From: Eledone cirrhosa
Lineage: Eukaryota
Direction of reading: 5' to 3'
DNA: 64,000 nt
Assembly (NCBI GenBank): GCA_964016885.1
Contig: OZ024744.1
Span: 55,304,001 to 55,368,000, forward strand
This document shows, piece after piece, positions 62,776 to 64,000 of the stretch. The notes beneath the pieces were generated by a model. The model made no database searches and was not told where the DNA came from. It worked only from the letters and a program-made list of their open reading frames with translations. Every line of letters starts with the position of its first letter. Positions within the stretch are counted from its first letter, which is position 1. The position numbers and the translations under genes are program-made.

Positions 62776-63560
62776 ACTCCACAATCTAAACTATAATAAA
62801 GGAAGGTCTGCGGGACTGCATACGTTTTATTTTTTTGTTTACCCCTTTAGTAAAATAAGTTGGATTACTTTGAATAAATAATGAATGAATATTTCATAAT
62901 TTATCTACTAAATTTCGTAAACAAAAATAATTTCGTAAAAATAAATAATTTAAAATTGACTTCTTTTCAAAGTTGCATTTTTGCTATATCGTCGCCACCA
63001 TCATCACTTCAACAACCATACATATAGAAAGAAAGAGTGTGTGATGTCAACACTTCCGGTGGCGATCACTTAAATAAACATACTAATTTTCTGTCACTAA
63101 TTTTCTCCTAATGCAGTTTATATATAATATCGTCTTTTTTAATGTATGGATTACGTTACTGATTACATAAGACAGTGCAACACAGTCTTCGTTCAATTTC
63201 TGTTTATAGTGTCAATTACGATTTTATTTGATGTATCATATCTACATGTATATATACTTGCGTATATCAATATACACACTACACATGCTAGCAGAAAACC
63301 ACCCGAAGGGTGGTTTTTCTGCTAGTTATAATAATAATGTTTCTGAAATTTTTGCCAGTTGTCAACACAATTTGAATGAACTTTTGAATCAGAGATTATG
63401 AGAGCACATGAACAAAATCAAAGGGATAAATTATATATATATTGATTTTGTATATATATATTATATAAATTTTGTTATATATTGATTTTGTTATATATAT
63501 ATTATATAAATTTTGTTATATATTATATAAATTATATATATATTGATTTTGTTATATATA

Positions 63561-64000
63561 TCATCATCATCATCGTTTAATGTCTCTTCCATGCTAGCAT
63601 GGGTTTAGACGGGAGTTGTCCCACTTGAGGCAAGATTGGTTTTCTCGCTCGTATAGGACTTTCTGGCAAGTTTTCTACAGCTGGATGCCCTTCCTAACAC
63701 CAACCATGTTTACAGTGTGGACTGGGAGGTTTTTACCGTGTTACCTACACGGCCACATTACAGCGTGGACTGTGTGTTTTTTTGCCGTGACACCTACACG
63801 ACCTCATTTAATTAGGACTGGATGTTGTGGTACCAACATAACTTTACAGAGAAAGGGGTGGTGTTGATGTGGAGTGGGGGAGTTGGGGTAGTGGGAGGGG
63901 GTGTATATTTGGTTAAGAGGTGACTACTGACTGTAGGTTTCACTTTGTACATAGGCAAGGCGGGTCTTCTGTATTACTGTGTGGCGCCAAAGATCTCTGT
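63561..64000 (-). mobile_element. RTE 3' end, continues past the window
   Basis: (TA)n-(CAT)n then RTE 3' UTR. Confidence 0.88.

Overview
This is eukaryotic, AT-rich, repeat-saturated DNA with no recognisable host gene. The repeat families (RTE LINEs with (GAT)n tails, tRNA-derived SINEs ending ...CCTTGTGCCAAAAGTAGAAACAATT, dense microsatellites) point to an octopus or other coleoid cephalopod; this is inference. Content: at least 8 Tx1/L1-clade LINE copies or remnants, all on the minus strand, four of them stacked head-to-tail over ~14 kb (43044-57111) with only (AAT)n between them. Also RTE LINEs, three R4/Dong-clade (RT+RLE) relics, Penelope fragments with hammerhead-like motifs, mariner relics, Helitron-type elements, MITEs, a 48-bp minisatellite, a 200-N scaffold gap and a 73-bp hairpin tandem array. 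Best leads: (1) an apparently (AAT)n-targeting, self-stacking Tx1 family with a partner SINE sharing its 3' end and target; (2) a conserved splice donor/acceptor pair at the Tx1 ORF1/ORF2 junction, which would fuse the ORFs in frame in one copy; (3) a tandem array of pre-miRNA-sized hairpins carrying a let-7 seed match. All coordinates and alignments were read by eye; no searches were run.
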